The position numbers and the translations under genes are program-made. Of a stretch of DNA of 64,000 bases, positions 15,766-30,648 are shown one piece after another. This DNA is from Bigelowiella natans CCMP2755 (taxonomy: Eukaryota; Protista; Cercozoa). The stretch is taken from NCBI GenBank assembly GCA_000320545.1, contig ADNK01003286.1:59867-123866 (forward strand), written 5' to 3'. Each line of letters opens with the position of its first letter. Positions within the stretch are counted from its first letter, which is position 1. The notes beneath the pieces are model-generated. The model worked only from the letters and a program-made list of their open reading frames with translations. It did no database searches and was not told where the DNA came from.

Positions 15766-16446
15766 GTGCTAGCGTGTCCCAACCTGCTAGCCTGGTAGCC
15801 AACCACAGTCATGCGCCTGCCCATGGACTGCTGCATCTCATTGTGCTCAACAAATCTGAAAATCCAGAAAGTGCTGCAACATGCATCGATCGTGTCACAT
15901 GTCGTGATGGAACGCGTGAATGTAGCTAGATGGGATCGCATCGACGACGACGTGTGCAAGCTAGCAAGCAACACCATGCGCACTACTGGACTGCTAGACC
16001 ATCATGTGCACACATCGATCGAGCTGCTACTGCACGCAGTGCACCATCCGCATGCGTGCTAGCGTGTGCCATGCGTGCCGCACGTGCCAACTGTAGCCAA
16101 TCTAGCAATGCGACGTACGATACGCGATCTAGCGATTTTCGATCTGCATTTGCCTAACCCTAGCAGCCTATGCTAGTTACTTATCCGTGCATAAGCGATG
16201 CCGCTAGCCTAGTATTAGCTTAGGCTAGTTGGCTGCTTTTGCGCAGTAGCGAAAGACACTGCTAGACTGGCTCGTCTACCTATACACAGCAGCTCGCCGT
16301 TCAAATGCACACGAAGCGACGTATGCATGACATCGAATGATGCAACGTTACACCATATTGAATCAAACGATTTGAATATGATGAAAGATCACTCCGTGTC
16401 TGTCTCATTTTGACTACCTAAAGTGAGTTAAAAACTGCCGCGGCGG

Positions 16447-19288
<2,842 letters not shown>

Positions 19289-19985
19289 TTCTTGAGAACA
19301 AGTGAGGAGGGAAAGGACGAGTGTTGCTGTCGCGTTGACTTTCGAGTTGTGGAGGAGGAGGAATGAGGACATCCACCACATTGTATGATGCGTCATCATC
19401 TGTTGCATGTCTTTCGTTCAAATTTGCTCTGCTCTTCATGGCTGCGACTTGTAATCGTCTCCCGCGGCACGTGTCTCTACGCACTTTAGACCCCCCTTTT
19501 CTGTGTGCAGTACAAATCGATGATACGAGTCGTACCTGCTGCGGGATACCCATCGTTGCGATGAAGTGAAGAAAACAGCATGTGACATCCTTGAAGCGAC
19601 AACACATTATAGCAACTTACTTCGAGGAAATTGCCTCCAACATAAAGAAGTACCCCTTCTTTTATTACCTGCACACATGTTCCTGCAAGAATAGTCTTTA
19701 ATAATTTCACCCAAATTAATCTACAATGCAAGTTCGTTCTCAACGAAGCAGGAAACTGTAGCGTTTTCTCCTCTAAACTGGAGAAAAGTAAGTCGCACAG
19801 GGGAAAAGACGAACGGTCTTCGTAAATAGATAATATCAGTCTAGCAAGAGCAAACTCGGTAGAATAACAACATACTCGTAGCACAACTAAGGCGCTCCTA
19901 ATCCTCCTTGCTGTGAGTGGGTGCATGGTTCAGTGAGCTCTGTGAATAAGAAGAACACGACTCACTAGTACCACAGGCCCATTCA

Positions 19986-20468
19986 ATGTCCCTCACGGGA
20001 GAAGGCAAGATGCAGGTTAAACACACTCTCCACAAGAATGTAAAAAGTTTTAAGCACTTTGTTCTGTCCTCATGCAGAACGCCTCCTCCGGGGGATTATC
20101 CGAGGGAAAATCTGATAATCAAAAGGTGGCATAGAGCATTATTAGTATTAACAGAATGGTGGTAGCGCACGTGTTTTCCTCCCTCTTACCTATTAAACCC
20201 CACTGTACACCAACATTCTGATTTTTTGTATGTAACAGTCGTCAGCCGAAGCGCAAAACGAAGCAGAGCAGCAGGTTTGTTCATAGGCAGCACCCAATTA
20301 TTACATCACCCATGCTGATTCTATGGGCTCTTCTCACCTTTGCACTACCGCACAATTACTAGTTAAAAATTGCGCTGAAATCCAAAAATCGACAAGAGCT
20401 TGCTACAGCGATATATCACGCTGAGGAGGTAGGCATGATTGTCAAGATAGGGTAGCAGATTTTACGAA

Positions 20469-20530
<62 letters not shown>

Positions 20531-21502
20531 ACATCACTTGATATGCAGGCTGGGATTCCAGCTAAGGAGACCATGTGGGGACTGAACCGAATGGCATCTG
20601 CAAAAAAGTTGCTGGAAAGCATAAAAGCGCATGATGAAGCGCATGAGGTGTGTGATGGCCATAGGCATTTGATAGTTTCTGTGTTTTAAAACTGCGAAAT
20701 TATTTCTGGGTTCTTCTCATTTAGGAAAGCTATTCTTCGACTAAAAAGAAAGGAGGAAAGGTGCCTAATCTTAAAAGACTTAAATTGACATATACACTTG
20801 TAAACATACTGAACCCAAACGTGCATGAGATTTTAAATATCTACATCTAGACGCAATGGGTCAAGGACAATCACGCAAATGGCTGTATGGTATTATTCTC
20901 CTTAGCTCATCACCAGTCGTGTCGTCGACTTTTTATGCTTCCTTTTCAAGTAATCCACATACTTCTTAGGTTCATGGTTGTAACGTGCGGTTTAGCATTT
21001 TTGTCCGGAGACACCATTGTCGGCACTGTGGAAAGGTTTAGCCATATGATAATGTACAACCGAACAAAGATTTATGGGGAAAAGAATTGAGATATTATTA
21101 TGCAGCTGTCCTCATCTTCTTCATCAGACGTATATTTGGTGTATTCTGTGAATATCAGGTGGTATGTAATACACATTCTCAAGGACGGGTCCAAGTCCAA
21201 GGGTAACATCCACTTACAATATTTCTCGTATGTTCGTTGTGCGTGAAGGTGTTTTATGTGGCTTTATTCTACTGTTTGTTAATATTACTACATATAGTCT
21301 ATATATAAACTCAAACATACATACACATATACGACTTGTCGGATTGCATTTTTGCCGGAGGTGCATGGAGTGGTGATCTGCCCAATAGCGAGAAAGAACT
21401 TGATGGCTTACATACACATGATGAATGTGAATTAGGTACAAGAAGCCCCAGAGAATATGCGACAATTGCTACGAGACAATTCCTCGCACACCTAACTATT
21501 AG
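19986..21502 (+). CDS. Small FYVE zinc-finger protein, multi-exon (start uncertain)
   Basis: Spliced reconstruction TQWVKDNHANGCM|VHGCNVRFSIFVRRHHCRHCGK|VVCNTHSQGRVQVQG|YKKPQRICDNCY...TAG. This contains the WxxD, RRHHCRxCG and RxCxxC FYVE motifs. Not visible in the ORF track. Confidence 0.88.
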
Positions 21503-22572
21503 CGCTTCTGCCACTGGGCTAGAATCGATATAGTAGTATTTGTAGCCCGTAAATGCTTTTGTTATCATTGTGAACTCAATGACGCTGTAAATAAATCATC
21601 ACAACAACAAAGCATGAGATTGTTGAAGATGTTGTGGATCGCGTTGGTTTGAAAGTGGGTCGTCATGCAACACCTTGCACTGTATGAGTAGAGACAGTGT
21701 TTTGCTGAGGAGTGATGCCAGATCGCCATGAATGTGTGTCATGCATGCATCATTGGCCTGCTCTCCATTCTCCATCTGTGAGGCTTATGGCTTCGATCAC
21801 AGCCGAGCCTTTACAGCAAGACTGGACGTCTCATCTAGTTATGTGCTGCTGGCACATGCTCGATCAAATCAAGTACAGTACGTAGACGACAGCATCTTAG
21901 TACGTGCGTTGTGCTCAGCGCCTAGCTAGCTAGCTAGAGCTCTGCATGTGATGCGGTGATGTGTGAAAGAAGCGGTCGATGTAAATCGACCAGGCAGTCG
22001 CAAGGCGCAAGCGCTAAACCGGGCAGACATCGTAGGCAGGCGCTTGCCACTGGGTTGGCGCGAGAGGGTCACGGCTAGCTAGGGCCACATCGATCATGCA
22101 CTCTTTTGCGGAAAGCACAGCGCGGTGCAAGCTGCGCTGTGTGCTGCTCATCGCAATGCAAGTGACTCGCACGGTGAGAATAAGTCGTCTAGCTAGCTAG
22201 ACGTGTGTGTTCTCCACGACCCAGCTAGCCAGTTCCTGACACACGGGGTCCATGGGGGTGTGATGCTTGTCAGCGTGATTTTCGTCCGCGCATTGCATCC
22301 AGGTGCATTTGTGATGCTTTGGCTTTTGAAGCCAGTCATTTCCATCATATTTTGTCTAAATGTTTGGTTTACTGCTAACTCACCGGTACGAGATGACATA
22401 TTTCCAACTATCCCAGTGATAATAACATCAGTCGCATCTTTTCGTTATCCTCCATTTTAGAAGAAGAATATATGTAGTAGTTTTCTGCTTATATTGTTAT
22501 CGCATTTAATCATGATACGCAACAATAACAACAATAATATCGGATCCCCAACTCTCACCAAGCAGCCACTCA

Positions 22573-23227
22573 ATGATGCAAGCGGTGCTCATCGTGATTG
22601 TGATGTTGTTGCCTCTTTCTTCCTCCTCCTCCTCCTCCCTGTCGTCTCATACGTCACGGTGGAATAAAGCTATAACTCGTGGCACCCTTTCTTCTTCTTC
22701 TTATCCGTATGGGGTCGCTACTGCGAGTGTGATTTCTACCAACCGCTTGTTGTCGAAGAAGAAGAAGAAGAAGCACCAACTCTCCGGTAAGCTCAATGGT
22801 GCATGGATTGTTTCTTGTGTTAAATGGTAGTGACCCTGCTTGTCTTTTCTCGTAGATACGTTTTGTTTACCTACCCCCTCTCACCCCATCTTTCTATTTC
22901 CGACATCGTATTCTAAAGAGGTCCGCGGTAAGCAGTTTCTCCCCCGAGTGAGCAGTAGCCTGCAGCCGTCGTATTTCCCTAGTCACGACAAAGAGCAAGG
23001 AGTGGCAGTCAATCATCGTCGCAGAGGAAAAGAATTCGCACACAATGGTGGTGGTTTTAGTGGTAATAGTCGTCGTATTAGGAGTAGTGGTAGTAGTAGT
23101 AGTAGCATCAGCAACAGCAGGATCGCTGGTGGGTACAACAACCAACCATTGCAAAGAAATGTGCGGGCGCTAGCAAAATCTTCTTCCAACATGCCCTCAG
23201 CGGTCGGTGCTTACATATAATAACATT

Positions 23228-23273
<46 letters not shown>

Positions 23274-23745
23274 TACTGGTGCTGCTAAAGTATGCATGCA
23301 TGTATCACAGTTTTTTTTTTTTTTTTTTTTTTTGCAGCATTGCTGAGAAACAGTAATTGTGAAGTGTGAGACTACTACCTGCAGTAACACTGCACGTACC
23401 TTCGTCATCATTTATCGTTCACGCATGCATCAAATAGATCATATACGTCGAAGTACTGCATTTGTCATAGTGGTTACTATTAATGCAGTTGGAGAAGGGG
23501 CTTGCGATGATATCCTACATCGTACCTCTCATGGATGGACTAAGATACGCCAAATTTCTCCTCAGGGACTTCCCGGTTTTAATTCATTCAGAAACTAAAT
23601 AACATAAATACTGCACACATAACACTATTTAGTATATAACTAACGTGCAGCTATACGAAAACTTAGAGCTTTGCGGCCATATTCGTCCCTCTTACCCCTG
23701 TTATTAAGTTCTACTACTCTTTTCCATATGCAAGGTCACACACCA

Positions 23746-23782
<37 letters not shown>

Positions 23783-24927
23783 AATAAATATATCGCATAA
23801 GCTATCCCTGATAATCTGCAGCTCCGCAAGTACAGAGGGATTCATAGATATTATTCGTAGTGAGTGTGGTATTATTATTCCTAATTGATTAACCTCATAT
23901 TTCTGCTCAATCCTTCTTTGTCCCTCTCCACTCCTCACCCCCCCCACTTCTATCTCTATCTATCTCTCTCCTTCCTCCTCTCATCAGTCTTATCTTCTTC
24001 TTCATTCTGTATCTTGCAATCGCTCAAAATCGAGAGCTATCACGATTCGTCCGTTTCAATGGCATGCAGGTTAGATCTTGCAGTATATACTACTTACTGA
24101 TCACGTTTAAGAAGAGCCACAGTTTATTTAAATGATGCTATTGATTCATTCATTAGGCTGTGCTCCTTGACGTAATTTTAAATGTGCCTGCCCTGGCAGA
24201 ACGGTAGTAAACTTTTGATGATAATACACTTTAGTAGAGCTTCGTTGATTTCGACAGGTTTCATCTCTCTCTCTCTCCCTCTCTCTCTTACTTATCTATG
24301 AGTGTTGATGGATATTGATATATGTGTTGTCACAAGATTCCTCTTGCCGAACGCGGTTTTCAGCAGCGACTTAGGCGTTTGGTATGATTTTATTTACTAC
24401 TTTGCAACACCTGATTTATATAAATATCACCATCATCATCGTCGTCGTTGTGGGCACAGGTCCTATGTTCAAGTTTACAACACGATATTTCTGTACGTGT
24501 TTTGCTCTGTGGGCTATGGAGCTATTTCATCTCTAAGAGGAAAGGTCTTTTCATCACATCAAATACTATGATTAACAAATATGATGATGATGATGTTGAT
24601 GATGATGATGTGCCTTTTATTCTCATTCCTGGAAGAGTGTATTATTTCCTTGTTATAATATCTCTCCCTCATGTGGTGCTACGGATCTAGTCAAAAAATG
24701 GAGATTAGATTCCAGACATTGTAGTATGAAATATTGTAACAACGCTTGATAGGGCGATGTGACTAATGTTTATGCACAAATGGAGATGTTGCCTTGTGGC
24801 AGGAGTAATCGCTGCTGATGAAAAACAGCTCAAGAATCTCATTATCATTATTATGATTAATTATCAACCACTGTCATTGCTACTACTATCAGGCCGGAAA
24901 GATTCCGTTAGTTGGAAATGCGGCTGA
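22573..24927 (+). CDS. Putative multi-exon gene of unknown function with a hydrophobic N-terminus
   Basis: MMQAVLIVIVMLLPL start; short AG/GT-flanked segments (LEKGLAMISYI, AVLLDVILNVPALAER, IPLAERGFQQRLRRL, AGKIPLVGNAA*). Joins not verified. Confidence 0.4.
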
Positions 24928-25541
24928 TGCATCGGCATCGAACTACTAATGTGAAGAAAGTAAAGGACATTTAATAGATAATGCGTCGTCTCACCAATGT
25001 AGCAGGCTAGGAGGCTAGGAGGTCGTTCACATGTGTGATGTGCATGTAAAATGGTGGTACACAATTACAAGACCGCCAATGGCGAGTGTGGCATGTGAAC
25101 ATGCCTTGATACCCGTCGCAAAGTGATGTAGCTGTAGCATTGCACTCATCATGTCACATTGTCATGCTTGCACTTTGCACAGGCTAGCAGGGGGGGCATG
25201 GCTAGATGGGGGGATGCAAATGTGCAAAGCATTGCACATTGAAAGTGACACATGCAACATGCGCGTGTTTCAAAAAGTTTGTTTTTTGACAACCCTGGAG
25301 ACTAGGAGACCCCTTTTGCCCCCCTCTAGCCTTCAATGTGCGAAGCGATCTAGACTCCATGTGCAACTGCCATGCGCCGAAGCAACATGACGTGCCAACA
25401 TGCTCTGGTACTGACATGCTAGCAAGGGAAGCGAATGCGACTACCATGTGCCGTGCTGATGTGTAGAGATGTGCGACTGCTCTAGCTAGCTAGTGCTCCA
25501 GTGCTGACGCAATGTGAGCGTGCGATGCTGGGATGTGCGAG

Positions 25542-25610
25542 TAGCGCTTCTTCTAGGTTCTTTACGTGCTACTTTATTAGCGCTTCTTCTAGGTTCTTTA
25601 CGTGCTACTT
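25542..25610. repeat. Direct duplication of 33 bp (36-bp period)
   Basis: tagcgcttcttctaggttctttacgtgctactt occurs twice with a 'tat' spacer. Confidence 0.95.
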
Positions 25611-25619
25611 GGAGAGACG

Positions 25620-26271
25620 TGCACAGTGCAGGCTGCTAGCGCAGGCGGGTGCACAAAGCGAAGCAAGTGCAACAAGCATGTGCAAAAGGATTTGGGGAAA
25701 GTTCCTGGTGAAATTCAATCATTTGACTCACAAAAAAACCTCCATCATGCACTGCAACAAGCTTGCTTTCGTGCTTTCTTTTTTGTTTGACAGTTCCGGC
25801 TTTCAACAGGTTCACGTGGTCATCTCCACTTTTCTCTCGGTTTCGGCGCGGCTTTTTCTTTTCAATTGCTTTTTTCACCACTTCACTACTTTCGATCAGC
25901 AGGCTGGCAGGTTTCAGTCGACTCTTGCTGAAAGTTTTGTCTGACGCACCTTCCAACGTGCACCTTCTAGCCTTGCAGGCCTTGTCAGGTGACAACAAAC
26001 GTGTGACCGCGTGTGCCATCCTGGTGTGTCGCCCTTTCTGAAGTCTTGAAATTGCCCAGTTGTTTCTCACCTTTGAAACTCACAGGATGACCCAATTTGC
26101 ATCTCACCATCTTGCCTGCCTCGCATGAATCACAATCCCCATCCTCCTCACAAGGGACTTCTGTGTTTTCCAACTCCGCATGGTCTTCGGATGCATGCTC
26201 CAATGAAACAATGAAACAATGATGAAAAACTACCAAAGTGTTGCAAGACACTTGCAGTGTCCAACTGCCGA
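25620..26271. other. TpA-depleted relic (degenerate repeat or coding remnant of unknown origin)
   Basis: Only about four TA seen in ~650 bp (two CTAG, two CTAC). Overlapping Tyr-free ORFs on both strands. Confidence 0.55.
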
Positions 26272-26415
26272 TGATCCATGGGAATTTTGTCCTGCGACTT
26301 GATAAATACTTCTTTTTGTTGATCCATGGGAATTTTGTCCTGCGACTTAATAAATACTTCTTTTTGTTGATCCATGGGAATTTTGTCCTGCGACTTAATA
26401 AATACTTCTTTTTGT
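26272..26415. repeat. Tandem minisatellite, 3 x 48 bp
   Basis: tgatccatgggaattttgtcctgcgactt(g/a)ataaatacttctttttgt, three copies. Confidence 0.97.
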
Positions 26416-26477
26416 TTAGTTATTACCAGACACTGATCTATCGGAACCTCCCCTCCTACTCCTTCCTCTTATGTCGT

Positions 26478-27151
26478 ATGGGCCTAGCAAGGAAGAAGAT
26501 CAGGTTTGTGATTCATCATGTCATGATGTTGAATGAAATGTATGCCGCTAGGAGCGGGGGGCGGTCTGATAGACAAACTGCATCTTTTCCATAATCAATC
26601 ATCCTGTTTTTTCCATCAGAGCTGCCAGTGATCGAAGCTGTCGATTATTGATCTGCAGCGCCACCCTCTTCGCAATTTTATTAGCTTTCGGAACAAGTAG
26701 TAACCACATCAGATGATAATATGGAAGTGCCTACGTGCGCAGCTTAACTCAACAGGATTCGTTGTTACAGGAGACGGGTCAAAAGGAGGAGGAGGAGGAG
26801 GAGGAGGAGGAGGAGGAGAGCAAAGCATAAGGATGCTCGGAGCGGCTAAGAGGCTGCTTCTTGTTGACTCTTTTGGAGTATACATCTTCTAACTATCATA
26901 TCTTCCTCCCCCCTCCTTCCCCTTCTTACCTCTCTTTTCTATTCATCGATCAGGTGATGTTTCAGTCGTATCATGCGATGAAATACCCTATGACAACTAG
27001 GGCAGGACAGCCCACATCGGGTAGTAGTAGAAATAGTTATTGTGAAAGTGCTGATGGTGCTGATTAGAGCTGGGGGGGGATGATGGTAGTCGTCATTATT
27101 GGTTGAGGTTGTCGTGATTTAAACATCAGGCTGTAAATTGGACAACTGATC

Positions 27152-27192
<41 letters not shown>

Positions 27193-27403
27193 ACATATTT
27201 CGCAATTTGTTTATCTGTTTTCTAGCCCTGTACGGTTACTGTAGGCTCCTTCTTCATGCTTTAGAGCACTTACAGCCAACACACGCTGCGTGTGTACTTG
27301 AGGGTGGGACGGGGAAATCCAGTCATAGGGTCAAGGTAGTTGTGGCCGTACACCAAACATAGCGCCAGTCGTGATACTGCTTTCATGCTTAAGTTGTCCA
27401 GCA

Positions 27404-27462
<59 letters not shown>

Positions 27463-28212
27463 AGTATGTGTGAGAGAGTAGTAGTTATGTTCAGAGCAGC
27501 TGGTGTGTGTATTGCATATCGACTCCTACTACTACTATTACAAGATACTTGGGAGCTATAAGAGTAATCGCAATCCCCCTGCTGACGACCTCCGATCTCA
27601 ATTTAACTTAATGGTAGTAGAAGGAGTAGTGATAGTAGTATATTGTGCTGCTACTGGTACTGCTGCACAAGCTCTCTCACCACCATCAACTGCACTATCA
27701 GAGCTTCTGGTAAAGCATTTGGTCTCTGTTGTTACATGCATTTGCTGTATGGCGTTCGTATGAATAGGAACCCATTGCAGACGCTCTTGGTATTGCATCG
27801 ATATATAAGGTAGTAGTAGTAGTAGCAGTAGTAGTAGTAGTAGTAGTAGTAGTGCTACTCGTATTTCAGCATTCTCATTGCCACCGATGATTCAATGCAT
27901 TTAGAAGAAGGAATTGCTATTAGTAGTTTCCATCTTGAGGAGGATTAGAAGATGATGGTCATGCACCCACCAGCATCATTCTCTTTTGTTGTTTGATTGC
28001 TTAGGTTGTATGTAGTCAGCAACGAGCTGCCCTCCTCCTCCTCCTCCTCCTCCTCCTCCTCCTCCTCCTAACAGATTTTGACTGTTTATTTATATTAGGA
28101 AGGTTATGAGGCAGATGACGTGATAGCTACCCTCACCAATACAGCAGTGAATACGGTAGTGGATAAGTAAGAGAATGTGAAAGTTATTAACAAAGGCTCA
28201 CGACGAAGATGT

Positions 28213-28251
<39 letters not shown>

Positions 28252-28784
28252 CGTATAACTATTTTCCCTTGAATGATGTCGCTACTACACGCAATTGTTC
28301 TAAACAACACTATATCTCTTCGCTTTTTAATTAGTGACGTCCACTAATCATAATCATCATCATCATCATCACCACCATCATCTCATTACATATGGTAAAA
28401 TTATATATTATTGGGCGGGGTCATTATTTGTTGGCCCTCTTCTACCGTGTGACGGCGACAAAGGATGGCATCGATTCAGTCGTCATCATCTCGAGCGATA
28501 AGGTTGGCGTGCACAAATATTAAGTACCATGTAGCAGCTAATGCTAATGTATTTACGACACACACGAACAATGCTTTTCATGTGTGCGCATATAAGAACG
28601 ATGCATCTAATAACCCCAACATCATAATAACTTGCATGAGATCACCAATAACTACTACTGCTACTACTTTAGGACTTACTGCAGCTGGTTGGCTGTGGTA
28701 AAGAGAAGGAGGATGAGAAAGGGGAGGGGGACAGGAACACCCTTATGTCGTCGTCTTCAACTACAGGTTGCTATTATTACTACT

Positions 28785-28851
<67 letters not shown>

Positions 28852-29218
28852 GGGGGGTGGGGGGTTATAGTGGAAGTGAGTAGTAGTGAGTGCACACCAC
28901 CAATCTTCATTACCTCCTTTTCTTATTATTCTTATTATTCTTATAATTATTGTTGTTATTATTGTTATCATCATCATCATCATCACCACCACCACCACCA
29001 TCAGTGAGGATATGCAAGCCGAACTTGAAGGCTCTAAAGAGCTTCTCTACCAGCAGCATCGGACCTTATGAGTCAGTGAGAGACCGAGAGAGAGTTGTAG
29101 TGCTAATTGTCATTCCCATGCTCATTCACAATCTCCTGCCATGCATGCATCATTACTAGTGTATCATCCCCATCATCATCATCATCATCACCATCATTAT
29201 CATCACCATCATCATCAC

Positions 29219-29253
<35 letters not shown>

Positions 29254-29648
29254 CAATCATCGTTGTTCTTGCCCCTCCTCCCTCCCTCCCTCCCTCCCTC
29301 CCTCCCTCATCAGAGTTGTGGAGAGCTTTGGAATCAACCCAGAGCAAGTCAGGAATCATTTCTCATTCAATCAATCAATATATACACCTCATTTTGCTGT
29401 ATAGTGTTGTGACTTCGGTCATGTACTTTCTCTGCTGCTGCTGCTGCTCCTTACCCCCCTTCGTTCGTTGTGTTGTGCATGTAACAGATGGTGGACTTCC
29501 TCTCCCTTACAGGCGACAGTGCGGTATGTAGTAGTAGTAGTAGTAGTAGTAGTAGTAATGTAGCGAGAAGGAGATTGCCTTTGAATTTTATTTATCAGTA
29601 TGTAATTTATGGTACGAGAGTTTATGATCGTTTGTCGTCGTCTGCCTC

Positions 29649-29685
<37 letters not shown>

Positions 29686-30482
29686 AATAATCTCGAGTAG
29701 GATAATATTCCTGGAATTCCTTCCATCGGAGCAGCAAGGGCTAAGAAACTGCTTAACTCTTACGGCACCCTCCAGGAAGTGGTTAGTCTCTCGCTCTCAC
29801 ACGCCGCCGCACAACATGTTAGAATTAAATAATTGGGAAGCCATCACTATTCTTCTATACCAATATTATAAACTGTAAATATGTGTATGTGTGTACCCGA
29901 AAAAATAAAGTTCTTGCTCAACCGGTTGTTGCAGCATTGCCATCACCATATCTGCTTTTGTTTGCTGTTCTTGGTCATGTTCTTATCTGTCAAAAAATAA
30001 TCAGATTGCAGCCGCAAACGACTTAAATGCGAAGTTTGTATATGGAGATAAAATCCGAAAAGCTGTCATCGAGCATAGGTCACCAGAGGGGATCAACGCT
30101 ACATAAATCCACGCTACATTACTCCGATTTCATGTTCTTTCCTTTGTCCTGTCCTGTCATGAAAGCTTTGTACTTTTTGGCCTAATTGATGACGATCGAT
30201 CGTTGTTCTCACAGCGCCGTGGCTGAACGTAACACGCAGCTTGTGCGGTTATTCCATGACTTGGATCTTACCCAAGAAATCGCTCGAAGTGTGGAGAAGA
30301 GTGCGGCTGATTCAGGGGTAACGTTTCCTCCGATGTTATCCATAACGGAAAGCCTCAGATTCGGTCGTGGACGATCGGGAGAGACCAACGAAAAGCTCAT
30401 GCGAGCAGTAATAGAAGAGTTTGAGTTTGATTCTCTTCTTCCTAACGCTGAGCGTGTTCATGAGATCTATCGACGGGATTAA
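26478..30482 (+). CDS. Standalone DNA polymerase I-type 5'-3' exonuclease (flap nuclease/H3TH), probable organellar presequence, multi-exon
   Basis: Exons: RLLLVDSFG|VMFQSYHA, ALYGY, YKSNRNPPADDLRSQF, EGYEADDVIATL, VVIISSDK|DLLQLV, FGINPEQ|MVDFLSLTGDSA|DNIPGIPSIGAARAKKLL. Stop at 30482 with no polymerase domain. Confidence 0.9.
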
Positions 30483-30648
30483 CGAAGATATTAATACATT
30501 ACAAGGCACGTGGAATGTATTTGTGCATGTTGTTATTAATTCATGACATTAAATGATGCTCGCACGCGGCTGCTATACATCATGTGCATGCTATGCCCCG
30601 TGTTCGTCGCTATGTCTGTCGTCACGCATGGTATTGTGAGACAAGACT

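Noticed and set aside
13761-15775. TG/CA excess as CpG-methylation decay or fungal RIP
   Set aside because: CpG is plentiful and TpA is lost rather than gained.
26272-26415. CRISPR-like array
   Set aside because: Head-to-tail repeats with no spacers, in a eukaryotic context.
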